DNA of 63,998 bases, filler included, from an uncultured Myxococcia bacterium (GCA_964617105.1; 7 parts of 7 records of this genome joined end to end with filler, not necessarily neighbours in it); one strand, 5' to 3'; shown: positions 7,758 through 17,523, counted from the first letter of the whole stretch. Notes: generated by a model not told the origin, from the letters alone. Program-made: numbers and translations.

Positions 7758-9852
7758 TTTTCATCCGGGCATCCAGCGCTAAAATACCTCGGGAAACGGG
7801 AAATACCCTGATGGGATTGATATCCAATTCTACAATTTGCGGAAAACGGTACAACAGATGGGAGACCCTTACCACCGCATCAATATAAGCCTGGATGTCA
7901 CCCTGTTTTTTGCCGCGGGCGCCCTGCAGGATTTTAAAACTCTTTAGCCGCTGCAATTTGTCCGCCACCTCCTGGTGAGTTGCCGGACAAAGCACATTGG
8001 CGATATCATCAAAGGCTTCAACGTAAATTCCGCCGAAGCCGAAAAACATAACCTGGCCAAAGGCTGGATCACAACTGCCGCCGATAAACATATCAAACCC
8101 TTCTTTGGCCTGTTCCATCACTCTTACACCTTGAAAATCGGCGCTTTGGTTGTAGGTAAACAGGTTGGCTCTGATTTTCTCAAACCCCGCACGCACCTCC
8201 TGTTCATTGTCCAGATTCAGTAAAACGCCGCCAGCATCCGATTTATGTAAAGCGTCCTTAGATATCACTTTTAACACCACCGGCATACCCAAATTGCGGG
8301 CTACGTTTTCCGCTTCATCCTGATTGACAACTATTTCCCGCTGAGGAGCAGGCAGACCAAAAGACTCCAGCAGATCCAGACACTCTTCCCCATGTTCTCC
8401 ATCTTTATCCTCCAGCCAGGAGTTGGCTGAAACCAGGTCGATATTGGTGGGCAACGGATAGGTTTTTTTCCCTTCCTCTTTTTGCCGAAAAAAAGCCCCT
8501 TGAACTTTTAAGGCAAATAGCATCTCTTCTGGACTGTTGAAGATAGGCAGGCTGATATTCTGTTTGATCTTGTAGGTAGTGGTTGCCAGTCCAAACAGAC
8601 AAACGCCCAATGGCTTACCCGATGACTGGATGGCGCCAATGGTTTCGTTGGAAAGATCGGTATTGAACATCTTGTAAAACACGTTTTCCCCTTTGGGCAT
8701 TTGGGGCCACTGGCTGACGTACACCGCTCCGTCTACGTTCTGGTTGTGCATAACTGAATAAAAAATATGGGCATACAAGTTGGGGTCATAGATATCACCC
8801 ATATCCAGAGGGTTGGAAAATTTTATCACTCCCGCGTTGGAATAGTTGCTTAGCCCTTTAAAAAAATCATCCCCCGGGTCGGCAAACTCAAAATCCAACT
8901 GTTCACACAAATCGGCCATCATTACCGTAAAACCGCCGGCCGGACTCATCACCATCAAACGGTTTCCCTTCATGGGCGGCAGATGAAAGGCTTTGGCCAC
9001 AGAAATAAAATCGGAAAAACTGTGGATACGGATAATTCCGGCTCTTTCAAAAGCAGAATCAACTATTTGGTCGTTGTTGTGCATGGCGGCGGTATGGCTC
9101 ATGGCCGCTTTTTTTCCAGCCGGAGTAGTGTTGGCTTTGAGGACTATAATCGGCTTATCGATTTTTTGGGCTACCTCCAGCAGTTTTTGACCCCGGCTGA
9201 TACTTTCAAGATAGATGCAAATCACCTTGGTGTCCCGGTCGGAACCAAAATACTCCAGGAAATCAACCTCGTCCAGACACAGTTTGTTGCCAATACTGGC
9301 GAATTTGGCCATGCCGATATCTTCGTTGTTCATTAAATTCCAGAGCATCAGACCAACGCCGCCGCTTTGGGTGATAATCGAAATGCCGCCTTTAACCGGT
9401 GGGTATGAAGGTACAAATGGGAGGCACAAACCATTGGCGGTATTGGCGATGGTCACGCCGTTGGGTCCCACAAAGTTCACCCCATATTTACGGGCGTTTT
9501 CCACGGTTTTTTGGGCTATTTTTTTCCCCTCCGGGCCAAATTCATTAAATCCTCCTGAAGGGATGGCCATATTGTGGATACCAAATATCCCGCAACTTTT
9601 GATGGTGTCGGGAATATATTTAGCCGGGATAAGGGCCACCGCCAAATCGGGAACCAGGGGAAGATCCTCGATTCGTTTGAACATTTTGACCCCATCCACG
9701 TTGCTGTTTTCTGTAACCCTGGGATTTACCCCCAGGATTCGACCCATGTAGCCCCAGCGGAGTAAATTTCCCAGAATAAGACGAGGGATATTGTTGGGTT
9801 TGGAGGACAAACCGATGATTACGATAGATTTGGGATAGAACATCTTTTCCAT
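7747..9852 (-). CDS. Acetate/acyl-CoA ligase (ADP-forming) family, fused alpha/beta
   Basis: PKSIVIIG CoA-binding start, GPNG, TQSGG, AAMSHTA (catalytic His), ATP-grasp HKSDAGGV...LDINP. Confidence 0.9.
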   Translation of the reverse strand: MEKMFYPKSIVIIGLSSKPNNIPRLILGNLLRWGYMGRILGVNPRVTENSNVDGVKMFKRIEDLPLVPDLAVALIPAKYIPDTIKSCGIFGIHNMAIPSGGFNEFGPEGKKIAQKTVENARKYGVNFVGPNGVTIANTANGLCLPFVPSYPPVKGGISIITQSGGVGLMLWNLMNNEDIGMAKFASIGNKLCLDEVDFLEYFGSDRDTKVICIYLESISRGQKLLEVAQKIDKPIIVLKANTTPAGKKAAMSHTAAMHNNDQIVDSAFERAGIIRIHSFSDFISVAKAFHLPPMKGNRLMVMSPAGGFTVMMADLCEQLDFEFADPGDDFFKGLSNYSNAGVIKFSNPLDMGDIYDPNLYAHIFYSVMHNQNVDGAVYVSQWPQMPKGENVFYKMFNTDLSNETIGAIQSSGKPLGVCLFGLATTTYKIKQNISLPIFNSPEEMLFALKVQGAFFRQKEEGKKTYPLPTNIDLVSANSWLEDKDGEHGEECLDLLESFGLPAPQREIVVNQDEAENVARNLGMPVVLKVISKDALHKSDAGGVLLNLDNEQEVRAGFEKIRANLFTYNQSADFQGVRVMEQAKEGFDMFIGGSCDPAFGQVMFFGFGGIYVEAFDDIANVLCPATHQEVADKLQRLKSFKILQGARGKKQGDIQAYIDAVVRVSHLLYRFPQIVELDINPIRVFPVSRGILALDARMKITT

Positions 9853-9888
9853 TTAAACGTCCTCAAAAATTTGTTTCCATCCGGGAAT

Positions 9889-9928
9889 TAACTGACGCCG
9901 AAGGTGATCCCTGTGGGAACGCCGAAGG
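9889..9928. repeat. Short palindromic repeat in tandem at contig end
   Basis: taactgac-gccgaaggtgatccctgtgggaac-gccgaagg; related copies at 5380-5403 (reverse) and 38099-38130. Confidence 0.65.
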
Positions 9929-10028
9929 NNNNNNNNNNNNNNNNNNNNNNNNNNNNNNNNNNNNNNNNNNNNTTAATTAATTAANNNNNNNNNNNNNNNN
10001 NNNNNNNNNNNNNNNNNNNNNNNNNNNN
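9929..10028. other. Artificial contig linker (also 19954-20053, 29976-30075, 39994-40093, 49904-50003, 59588-59687)
   Basis: Identical 100-nt N44-TTAATTAATTAA-N44 spacer with stops in all frames; genes are truncated at these points. Confidence 0.98.
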
Positions 10029-10051
10029 ACCAACCTTTAAGTGGCTAATAT

Positions 10052-10077
10052 GTTTCGCGAATTTATGTTTGCGAAAC
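10052..10077. promoter_or_regulatory. Inverted repeat, possible operator upstream of the double-cubane gene
   Basis: GTTTCGC-N12-GCGAAAC perfect 7-bp arms in an AT-rich upstream region. Confidence 0.35.
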
Positions 10078-10302
10078 TTGAGTATATTATTATTAAATTG
10101 TAAATTTTTAGATTGAAAAGAATGATTATGGATTATTCAAATTTTAACTCACAACTTTTTATTCCATTAATTTGAAGCAATTTTAAGGAGCCCGGGCGGT
10201 TCCTATTTGCTTCTGCTGTCGCTGTTTTCTCGCCTTGATTTCTTCATTCTCCTGAAGTCTGGCCGCAGAAAGATTAGCGGCAAAGATGAAAGGAGATTTC
10301 GC

Positions 10303-11595
10303 ATGTCACAAGATTATCGTTCGATGTGGTCAGAACTGGGACTCGATCTCGCTGCTCATGATTCTCTATTGGAAGTTCTCGGCAGCACCTATCAGGAGAT
10401 TTTTCTCTCTCAAAAAAACCGTCCAAAAGGGATGGAATATTTTGATTTTGTTATGTCCGAAGTTCATGGATTACGGATCAAGGAACTTATGGATGCAAAG
10501 GCCAAAGGACGCAAAGTTATTGGTTCGTTCTGTGTTTTTGTTCCAGAAGAAATTATTCTGGCTTTAGACAGTGTCTCTGTTGGTCTATGCGCCGGCGCTG
10601 AATTTGGTTTTGAAAAAACTGAGAATCTTTTACCCAGCACAACCTGCTCTTTGATAAAATCTGCTTTCGGCTTCAAACTCAGCAAGGTTTGTCCCTATAT
10701 AGAGGTCTGTGACATGGTTGTTGGGGAAAATACCTGTGATGGCAAAAAGAAATCATATGAAATACTAGACAATTATGTTGATAATCTGCATATAATCGAC
10801 ATGCCTCAAATGAAAAGTGAGGCAGGAAAAGCCCTTTTAAAGGCTGAGTATTTAAAATTTATTGATGTGCTTGAGCAACTAACCGACAAATCTATCAGTA
10901 TCGATAATCTAAGGCATGGCATTGAGATTGTGAACAACAAGCGCAAAGCCATGATGCGATTGGCTGAATTGCGCAGCGTAAATTCTGTCCCCATTTCAGG
11001 GCTTGATGCATTGCTTGCCAATCAAGTGTCATTTTTTGACGACCCAATACGCTTTACCGATTCCCTGAACAAGATTTGCGATGAATTAGAAGAAAGAACA
11101 AAAACTAAAAAAGGCGTCAATGATGAAAAGATGCCAAGGATTATTATATCTGGCTGCCCAATGGCAGTTCCAAACTGGAAAATTCCCTGGGTAGTAGAAA
11201 CAAGCAATGCTGTTGTTGTTGGTGAAGAATCATGTGTTGGTGAGCGGAGTATGCGCTGGTTTACCAGTGAAGCAGGAAATAGTGTAGAAACGCTATTAGA
11301 CAATATTGTTGAACGATATTTTAAGATAGATTGCGCTGTTTTTACGCCAAATCCATCCAGGTTACAGCATGTAAAAGAAATGGTGGGAAAATACAAGGCC
11401 AATGGTGTAATTCACTATAATCTCCAATTTTGTCAACCTTATCAGATCGAGAGCCGTCTTATAAAAAATGAACTGGAAAAAGAAAATATTCCGGTTTTAA
11501 TCCTCGATACTGACTATAGCATGGGAGATGTGGGCCAAATCAGAACTAGGATTGAAGCCTTCATCGAACTCCTGAAAAATAATAACAGAAAATAA
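10303..11595 (+). CDS. Double-cubane cluster protein-like anaerobic reductase (2-hydroxyacyl-CoA dehydratase superfamily)
   Basis: RBS AAGGAG; W.ELGLDL..HD N-terminus, EVHGLRIKEL, Cys motifs FCVFVPEE, CSLIK, ENTCDGKKK, SGCP, EESCVG, IDCA, QFCQP. Confidence 0.8.
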   Translation: MSQDYRSMWSELGLDLAAHDSLLEVLGSTYQEIFLSQKNRPKGMEYFDFVMSEVHGLRIKELMDAKAKGRKVIGSFCVFVPEEIILALDSVSVGLCAGAEFGFEKTENLLPSTTCSLIKSAFGFKLSKVCPYIEVCDMVVGENTCDGKKKSYEILDNYVDNLHIIDMPQMKSEAGKALLKAEYLKFIDVLEQLTDKSISIDNLRHGIEIVNNKRKAMMRLAELRSVNSVPISGLDALLANQVSFFDDPIRFTDSLNKICDELEERTKTKKGVNDEKMPRIIISGCPMAVPNWKIPWVVETSNAVVVGEESCVGERSMRWFTSEAGNSVETLLDNIVERYFKIDCAVFTPNPSRLQHVKEMVGKYKANGVIHYNLQFCQPYQIESRLIKNELEKENIPVLILDTDYSMGDVGQIRTRIEAFIELLKNNNRK

Positions 11596-11619
11596 AAAGG
11601 AAAAATGATGGTAATGATC

Positions 11620-12855
11620 TTAGAGGAAATAGCGGTTAAAAATAAAGGCGCCCCAGGCATTGACTACCAGCCCACAGACTATTAATAACTTGAATTTGCT
11701 ATCTATTTTTATTCCCCCAGCCGCTAAAAGCAAGATCAGATAGGGAGTATAATCTAGACTGAACCGGTAGCTAAACTGGTACCAGCCGCTGTTTTGATAG
11801 AAAAAAGCGGGAATGGAGATTATTACTGCACTGCACAGCAGGTTGAGGCCAAAGGGTGTTTTGCGGCGAGGCCAGAGAAGAAGCAGTAAAGCGGGAGTAA
11901 CCAAAAAAATGCTCACTCCATGCCCATGGTGCAGCAGATAGGGAAACTTGTGGCTAATTTTGGGTAGGCTGGTAAAGGCGGCGTGCAGATTTTGTTCAAG
12001 ATAACGGTAATTGAACAACCCCCATTTTTGTATCCGTTCCGTCACCCGGTTTTTATACAAATAGCGGTGTCCGAATTCAAAAGGATCTTCAAAACGTTTA
12101 TAGTTGAACCCTGCCTGCAAACAGCCGATTAACATTAGTGGCAGCAAAAAGAGAGATATTTTTTTAATAATTATCCATCTAATTTTAGGGGCATCTATTT
12201 TGATGAAAGGGTCATGCATTCGGAAAACTTCGATCAGAAAGTAAACCGCCCCAAATAAAAGCGGAGTACGGCATAAAAATCCCATTCCGGTAAGCAAGCC
12301 GGCCAATAGGGGATATGATGCTCTATAGGCAGCCATCAAAAAGCCAATAGTGCAGGTAAGACCAATTATGTGAGCGGTGTACCAGACCTGTCCCTGGACA
12401 GAGCAGAAAAAATTAACGCTGCCAAAAGAAAAAAGGATGGTTAGCCAAAGTAACTCTTCTGTATTGCGGTTAAATTTTTCATTTTGGTTTAAACTGGTAA
12501 GAGCCAGGAAAAATAGTGCACAGTTTAGGGCGGAGAAGAAAATTGTAAAGAGCACATCATTGAACCCATGCCCGAAAATTGCCACACCAGGTAGCATTAA
12601 TAAAGAAGGCAAAGGGGGAAAGGAAACATAGAATTTGTCTCCAAAATATGCCCAGTCATTTAAATTGGGCAAGTCCCGGGAGATATGTATTTGACCGTTT
12701 AAAAAGGCTTCAGCCAGGTAAACAAAATGGGGCGCATTAGATTGCTGCAGAGTTCGTGACCAGGCAAAAATAGAAAATAGCAGAAAAGAGAACAGGAAGA
12801 GTCCAAAAGCAAACACTCCCGGTTTGAGTGTCTGGATGGACACCGGCTTAATCAT
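11620..12855 (-). CDS. Polytopic membrane protein, GT-C glycosyltransferase-like
   Basis: About 10 TM segments; loop motifs YVSFPPLP, NYKRFEDPFEFG, YRFSLD; start coupled to the upstream stop. Confidence 0.55.
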   Translation of the reverse strand: MIKPVSIQTLKPGVFAFGLFLFSFLLFSIFAWSRTLQQSNAPHFVYLAEAFLNGQIHISRDLPNLNDWAYFGDKFYVSFPPLPSLLMLPGVAIFGHGFNDVLFTIFFSALNCALFFLALTSLNQNEKFNRNTEELLWLTILFSFGSVNFFCSVQGQVWYTAHIIGLTCTIGFLMAAYRASYPLLAGLLTGMGFLCRTPLLFGAVYFLIEVFRMHDPFIKIDAPKIRWIIIKKISLFLLPLMLIGCLQAGFNYKRFEDPFEFGHRYLYKNRVTERIQKWGLFNYRYLEQNLHAAFTSLPKISHKFPYLLHHGHGVSIFLVTPALLLLLWPRRKTPFGLNLLCSAVIISIPAFFYQNSGWYQFSYRFSLDYTPYLILLLAAGGIKIDSKFKLLIVCGLVVNAWGAFIFNRYFL

Positions 12856-14314
12856 CCTCGTTAAAATAATCTTTAAAAACCTGGTCGATCTCTGATTTGA
12901 AATCATCTATCATCTCTTGATGTTGGTTTTTAGGCGGGGATGAAACAGATTGCGATGGCTTGGAGATGACATCTTGTGGGGTATCTTGGGGCTGGGGGGT
13001 AAGATAGGCGGATTTTTTTTCCAGGACTCCACGTAAGCCAGCGCCATACGGGAGACCAACCAGNNNNNNNNNNTTCTCTCCCATTCCTTCCTGGTGCTTG
13101 ATCTTTTCTATCAATTCCCATTCGTAGCGTTCGTATTCTATCGAATCCATCTGGTCATCCAGATATTGCATCTCTTCGTTCAGCACCCGTTTTACTCTGG
13201 GAGAAATATTTTTCATAATTCGATTGTTCACCTTTTCTTCCTGGTATTTTAACAGGTAAGAAAGAGCGTGCATATCGGTATTGATCAATATTTTTTGAAT
13301 GGCCCTATTGTCCAGTTTGGCAATATCGGCAAAGGTCTTGAGTTTGGCAATGGTCATAAACTTGGGAACTTTTTTATGGAAATAATCTTTCCCCTTTTTA
13401 CCGGCCCAGGATAAAAAATCATCTTTATTGAACAGAAAAAGGCTGAAAGGTATCTCTCCATCGCCAATCCTGACCAGGATATTTTCCGGTTTTATATCCA
13501 TTATGGAGGAGATGTCATCCAGATCGACAATTTCGTTTTCAGAAATTTCAAATTGCTGGAAATATTCGGCATTTTCCTTTTTAAAAGCCTGGGCTTTTTT
13601 GAAAAAATTCTGCCAATCATACAGCAAAATATATTCTTGGAGTTCGTGAGCAGTTTTAAGAGGGTCTTTCTCGGTTTCCAAAGTAAAGAGATTTATAGAT
13701 TCAAACAGATGGATAAAACGTTCTATCTCCATACTGTTTAGCGATAGTGTATGTTTCAGGGCGGAGATTATCTCTTTGAGATTCACTTTGATAAAATTAT
13801 TATTGGAACTAGAACTATCTTGGCCATTTCTTTGATGTTTTCTGGTAAATTTACCAGGTTTACTTTTGGCAGTGATGTTATCAGGTTTACTTTGGACGTG
13901 GGCTTTGAATACCAATTCCATCACTTTGCAGACGCTGGCAAAAAGGTCGCCGCTGGATACAGCAGAAAAAGATCGGGTGGTTTCATCCAATCGATGCACC
14001 AAAGATAAAACGATGGCTTTTAGCATTGGAGAAGCGCGGTTTAGGTCGTGTATCAACTGGGCTTTCTCCACCATCACCACTTCGGAATATTCCAGAGCCC
14101 GGGCGGTGGCGGTTCTTCCCAGATCAACGATAAGGGACATCTCTCCAAATATACTACCTTTATCCAGGATAGTTAAAACCACTTTCCTGCTCTTCAGCAT
14201 TTTAGATATCTCAACTTTTCCCGACTTGACAATGTAAACAGTCTTGCCGGCGCTGCCCTCTTTGAAGATAACCTGGTCCGCATAAAATTCTTTACTTACA
14301 TAGGAACGATTCAT
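12848..14314 (-). CDS. Cyclic-nucleotide-binding protein with FliG C-terminal domain (extreme C-terminus uncertain, gap 13064-13073)
   Basis: cNMP domain IFKEG...FGEMSL...RTATARA; FliG_C-like FADIAKLDNRAIQKIL...IMKNISPRVKRVLNEEMQYL. Confidence 0.8.
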   Translation of the reverse strand: MNRSYVSKEFYADQVIFKEGSAGKTVYIVKSGKVEISKMLKSRKVVLTILDKGSIFGEMSLIVDLGRTATARALEYSEVVMVEKAQLIHDLNRASPMLKAIVLSLVHRLDETTRSFSAVSSGDLFASVCKVMELVFKAHVQSKPDNITAKSKPGKFTRKHQRNGQDSSSSNNNFIKVNLKEIISALKHTLSLNSMEIERFIHLFESINLFTLETEKDPLKTAHELQEYILLYDWQNFFKKAQAFKKENAEYFQQFEISENEIVDLDDISSIMDIKPENILVRIGDGEIPFSLFLFNKDDFLSWAGKKGKDYFHKKVPKFMTIAKLKTFADIAKLDNRAIQKILINTDMHALSYLLKYQEEKVNNRIMKNISPRVKRVLNEEMQYLDDQMDSIEYERYEWELIEKIKHQEGMGEXXXXLVGLPYGAGLRGVLEKKSAYLTPQPQDTPQDVISKPSQSVSSPPKNQHQEMIDDFKSEIDQVFKDYFNEDD

Positions 14315-14437
14315 CTTGCAATAATCCCAGTTATTTTGTAGTTTGAGTTGTTTTTAATTTTAATAATATGGTTGTATTATTTAATTAATTATCACTAGAA
14401 GTCAATGTAAAATTTTGGATTGGAATCAGGAGATGGT

Positions 14438-15130
14438 ATGGACTCAATTATTTTATCCAGAAATATAAAAACATCACTTGTTTTTTTTGCTGTAACGGTG
14501 ACTATTTCGGTTGTGTGGCTCTTTTCAGGAGTGGTCCGGGCACAAAAAATTGGAAAAGAGGAAGTGATTACTAAAGAAGATGGGAAAATACTCTTGAATA
14601 TGGCCAGGAAAAGTCTTGAAACCTATATCAACAGCAAGGGTAAAAAAAATTATCAGCCTGGCCAGGTGCCGGTCCGCCTCCAGAAAAAAACCGGTTGTTT
14701 TGTTACTTTAAAGAAAAAAGGGCAATTGCGGGGATGTATTGGTTACATCAAGGCCCGGGGACCGCTTTACCAGTGCGTATTGGAAAATGCTGTCAACGCC
14801 GCTGTGCATGACAACCGTTTTTCAAGAGTTATCCCCAAAGAATTATCCGAGATAACCATAGAGATAAGTGTTCTTACTCCTCCGCGAAGGTTTAACTATA
14901 AAAAAGTCAAAGAGTTGTTGGATAAATTGAAACCGGGCCAGGATGGAGTTATTCTTAGGCAGGGATATTTAAGTGCCACTTATTTGCCCTCAGTGTGGGA
15001 GCAGTTACCCGATAAAGAGATGTTTTTATCTCATTTGTGCCGTAAAGGCGGTATGTCGTCCGGTTGTTTTCGCAAACTAAACCAAACCCAAGTGTTTCTT
15101 TACCGTTCTCTACATTTTGAAGAACCATGA
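14438..15130 (+). CDS. amrA: AMMECR1-domain protein (AmmeMemoRadiSam protein A)
   Basis: GCFVTLKKKGQLRGCIG, D.RF, IEISVLTPP, ATYLPSVWEQ, FLSHLCRKGG. Confidence 0.9.
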   Translation: MDSIILSRNIKTSLVFFAVTVTISVVWLFSGVVRAQKIGKEEVITKEDGKILLNMARKSLETYINSKGKKNYQPGQVPVRLQKKTGCFVTLKKKGQLRGCIGYIKARGPLYQCVLENAVNAAVHDNRFSRVIPKELSEITIEISVLTPPRRFNYKKVKELLDKLKPGQDGVILRQGYLSATYLPSVWEQLPDKEMFLSHLCRKGGMSSGCFRKLNQTQVFLYRSLHFEEP

Positions 15131-15939
15131 AAATATTTGCTATCAGCGACTTACATATCTCTTTTTATAAGTCCAAGCCTATGGATATTTTTGGCTCCCA
15201 ATGGTTGGATCACCATGATAAAATAGCCAATAATTGGAACAAAACAGTAGGAGAGGAAGATTTTGTTCTGTTGGCAGGCGACATCTCCTGGGCCAAGAAA
15301 TTTGAAGAAGCCACTCCTGATTTTGAGTTTATCGCTGATTTGCCGGGAAAAAAGATTATCATCAGGGGTAATCATGATTACTGGTGGACCTCAATTGGCA
15401 AGTTGCGCAAAAAAACGCTGCCCAATATATTTTTTATTCAAAACGATGCTCTGAATTTCCCCCTGGTTTCAAAAAAATGGCAGGGTATTACGGTTGGCGG
15501 TACCAGGCTCTGGAACTATCCTTTTGTAAATTGGCCTAAAACCACCGAAAAAATGGAAGAGCAGTTAAATAACAGTCATAGCCAAAAGGTTATTGTTGAT
15601 AGCCGTGCCCAGCAGACAGACGTTGGCAAGAAACAGGATGAAAAAATCAGGCAACGGGAATTGTTGAGGATGGAGATGAGCCTGCAAAAAATGGCAGTGG
15701 ATAATCACCTGAAAATTTTTCTCACCCATTACCCTCCCCTGGGAGAGGATGGTGGCAGAAATCAAATAACCAGCCTTTTAACCAAAAACCAGATAGATAT
15801 CTGCCTGTTTGGGCATTTGCACGGCATTGACGCCCCCACTGAGGGTTTTGATTATGTGAGAGATGAAGTGCGTTACCTGCTAACTTCATGCGATCATATT
15901 GGTTTCTGCCCTAAAATGATTATTGATCTGAAAGATTAG
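15127..15939 (+). CDS. Calcineurin-like metallophosphoesterase
   Basis: SDLH, AGDISWA, GNHD, HYPP, GHLH motifs. Confidence 0.9.
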   Translation: MKIFAISDLHISFYKSKPMDIFGSQWLDHHDKIANNWNKTVGEEDFVLLAGDISWAKKFEEATPDFEFIADLPGKKIIIRGNHDYWWTSIGKLRKKTLPNIFFIQNDALNFPLVSKKWQGITVGGTRLWNYPFVNWPKTTEKMEEQLNNSHSQKVIVDSRAQQTDVGKKQDEKIRQRELLRMEMSLQKMAVDNHLKIFLTHYPPLGEDGGRNQITSLLTKNQIDICLFGHLHGIDAPTEGFDYVRDEVRYLLTSCDHIGFCPKMIIDLKD

Positions 15940-15978
15940 TTGTTTGTAATGCTTTGCCCTTTTTTACCGGGAGGTAAA

Positions 15979-16452
15979 ATGACTAGTACCTATCAAGAAA
16001 ATTTGAACTGCCTGGAAAAACTCTGGGCAGCACCATCAAAGGAACAAGTGACGAGGGCAAGACCTACCGACGAAAATGTTGAGTTTATTCAGGGAAAAAA
16101 AGGAAATAATTCCCTAAAAATAAATAATATCTTGCTGCACAGTCGTTATCATCCGGTCAGGGAGGCCGAAGAACAGATAGGAACTTTTAATAGCAGCAGT
16201 CAGGATTATCTGGTGATTTGGGGTTTGGGACTGGGTTACCATGTGGAAGCGGCTCTGCGGCTTTTTATTGGTACCAGTATCCTTGTTGTTGAACCTAATT
16301 ATGAAGTGATCAAACAGTTTCTTTCCAATAGAGAAGATTTTACTGACTGGCAGCACAGTCGCCTTGGCCTGGTCACCTCGGGGGAAGAGTTGGAAACGGT
16401 TTTAGGGAGAACAAAATCACAATGGATATCTTTGTTTGCTTCCATTCCTTAA
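15979..16452 (+). CDS. Maf/DUF115-type N-terminal domain protein (possibly frameshifted into the next ORF)
   Basis: RBS GGAGG; LLHSRYHPVREAE...WGLGLGYH...ILVVEP motif. Confidence 0.6.
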   Translation: MTSTYQENLNCLEKLWAAPSKEQVTRARPTDENVEFIQGKKGNNSLKINNILLHSRYHPVREAEEQIGTFNSSSQDYLVIWGLGLGYHVEAALRLFIGTSILVVEPNYEVIKQFLSNREDFTDWQHSRLGLVTSGEELETVLGRTKSQWISLFASIP

Positions 16453-17011
16453 AGGTGGAATTTATAAACGGGAGGCCATCTCGGCCTTGAAAAAGGAGTT
16501 GCCTTCTAATCTATGGGAACCTTTGGCAGTATGTTCCGAGATCCGGGCAAATTGGCATTTTTTTTCAGTGCCATCATTGCAAAAGATTTTTACCCCTGCT
16601 TTTCGTCGTAAAATAGATAATTTGATGCTTTTCCTGCTAAAAAAAGCAACCACCATCAAAGACCCGGCAGTAGAGGTTGAACGCTTGCTCTCAGGCGATA
16701 AAAACAAGAGTGGCGGCACCAGGTATTTTTACGGCAGCCCGGTTTTTTACTCTCAGGAACTCTATCAGGATTTGATGGTGGAGTTAGGTAGGAAACTTAA
16801 CGGTATTAAATCGCTTAAAACGGTTGCTGTCTATGGTAATTACCAACAGCCCACACCAGGTATCAGCGATTTGGACTTGATTTTAGTGATAGAGAATGAA
16901 TGTTTTTCTAATTATCCTAATCAGACAATCCTGCAAGAATTGTTGAAATTAACTAAAATGCATTTTAGTTTTAACGAACGGATGGATCCATTGAAAAGTG
17001 TCCAGAATTAG
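16436..17011 (+). CDS. Nucleotidyltransferase-like domain ORF
   Basis: AVYGN...PGISDLDLILV resembles the Pol-beta NTase G-x-DxD motif; no clear RBS. Confidence 0.45.
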   Translation: MLPFLKGGIYKREAISALKKELPSNLWEPLAVCSEIRANWHFFSVPSLQKIFTPAFRRKIDNLMLFLLKKATTIKDPAVEVERLLSGDKNKSGGTRYFYGSPVFYSQELYQDLMVELGRKLNGIKSLKTVAVYGNYQQPTPGISDLDLILVIENECFSNYPNQTILQELLKLTKMHFSFNERMDPLKSVQN

Positions 17012-17523
17012 AGGGTAGAATCGAGTAATTTGTAACTTTTAAGCAGAGAGAGCAGATCGTTGGTATCAAAATTGAGGGTGCAGTCAGAGATCATTTTGCC
17101 GCTATCCTTTTGGTATATAGCTCCATGGATGGTCAATATTGATTTAATGGGCTGGAGAGCAGACCAGGCAGCCTGTCCTTTGAAATAATATTCCTGAGAG
17201 TCATCGCCAATAAAATCGAGACTGTATTTTATCTTTTGCTCATCCAGCAGCCGAAATTCCAAAGAGCCGCTTATGCTCTTGTTGGCAGCCAATCCTTCAG
17301 CGTAGATGTGTCCGTTTAAAAAAGATGTGAAATTATTTTTACCAGCCAACAGGTTAAAATACCGTAAGATATTATCTACGGTGGATTGAAGTTTGACCCA
17401 GAGTTTCAGCTCGTTACCCACATTTTTCCCTTCCAGAAAACTATGCCGGCCATTTAATTTATATGAACATTGAACTCCCAGTTGACCAGGTAGATTGTTA
17501 ATTATTTTTTCTATAACTTCCAT
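17008..17523 (-). CDS. Hypothetical protein
   Basis: 171 aa ORF with RBS GAGG; beta-rich; no confident family. Confidence 0.65.
   Translation of the reverse strand: MEVIEKIINNLPGQLGVQCSYKLNGRHSFLEGKNVGNELKLWVKLQSTVDNILRYFNLLAGKNNFTSFLNGHIYAEGLAANKSISGSLEFRLLDEQKIKYSLDFIGDDSQEYYFKGQAAWSALQPIKSILTIHGAIYQKDSGKMISDCTLNFDTNDLLSLLKSYKLLDSTL

Noticed and set aside
7747-9852. Protein lysine acetyltransferase Pat
   Set aside because: No GNAT domain, and the catalytic His is retained.
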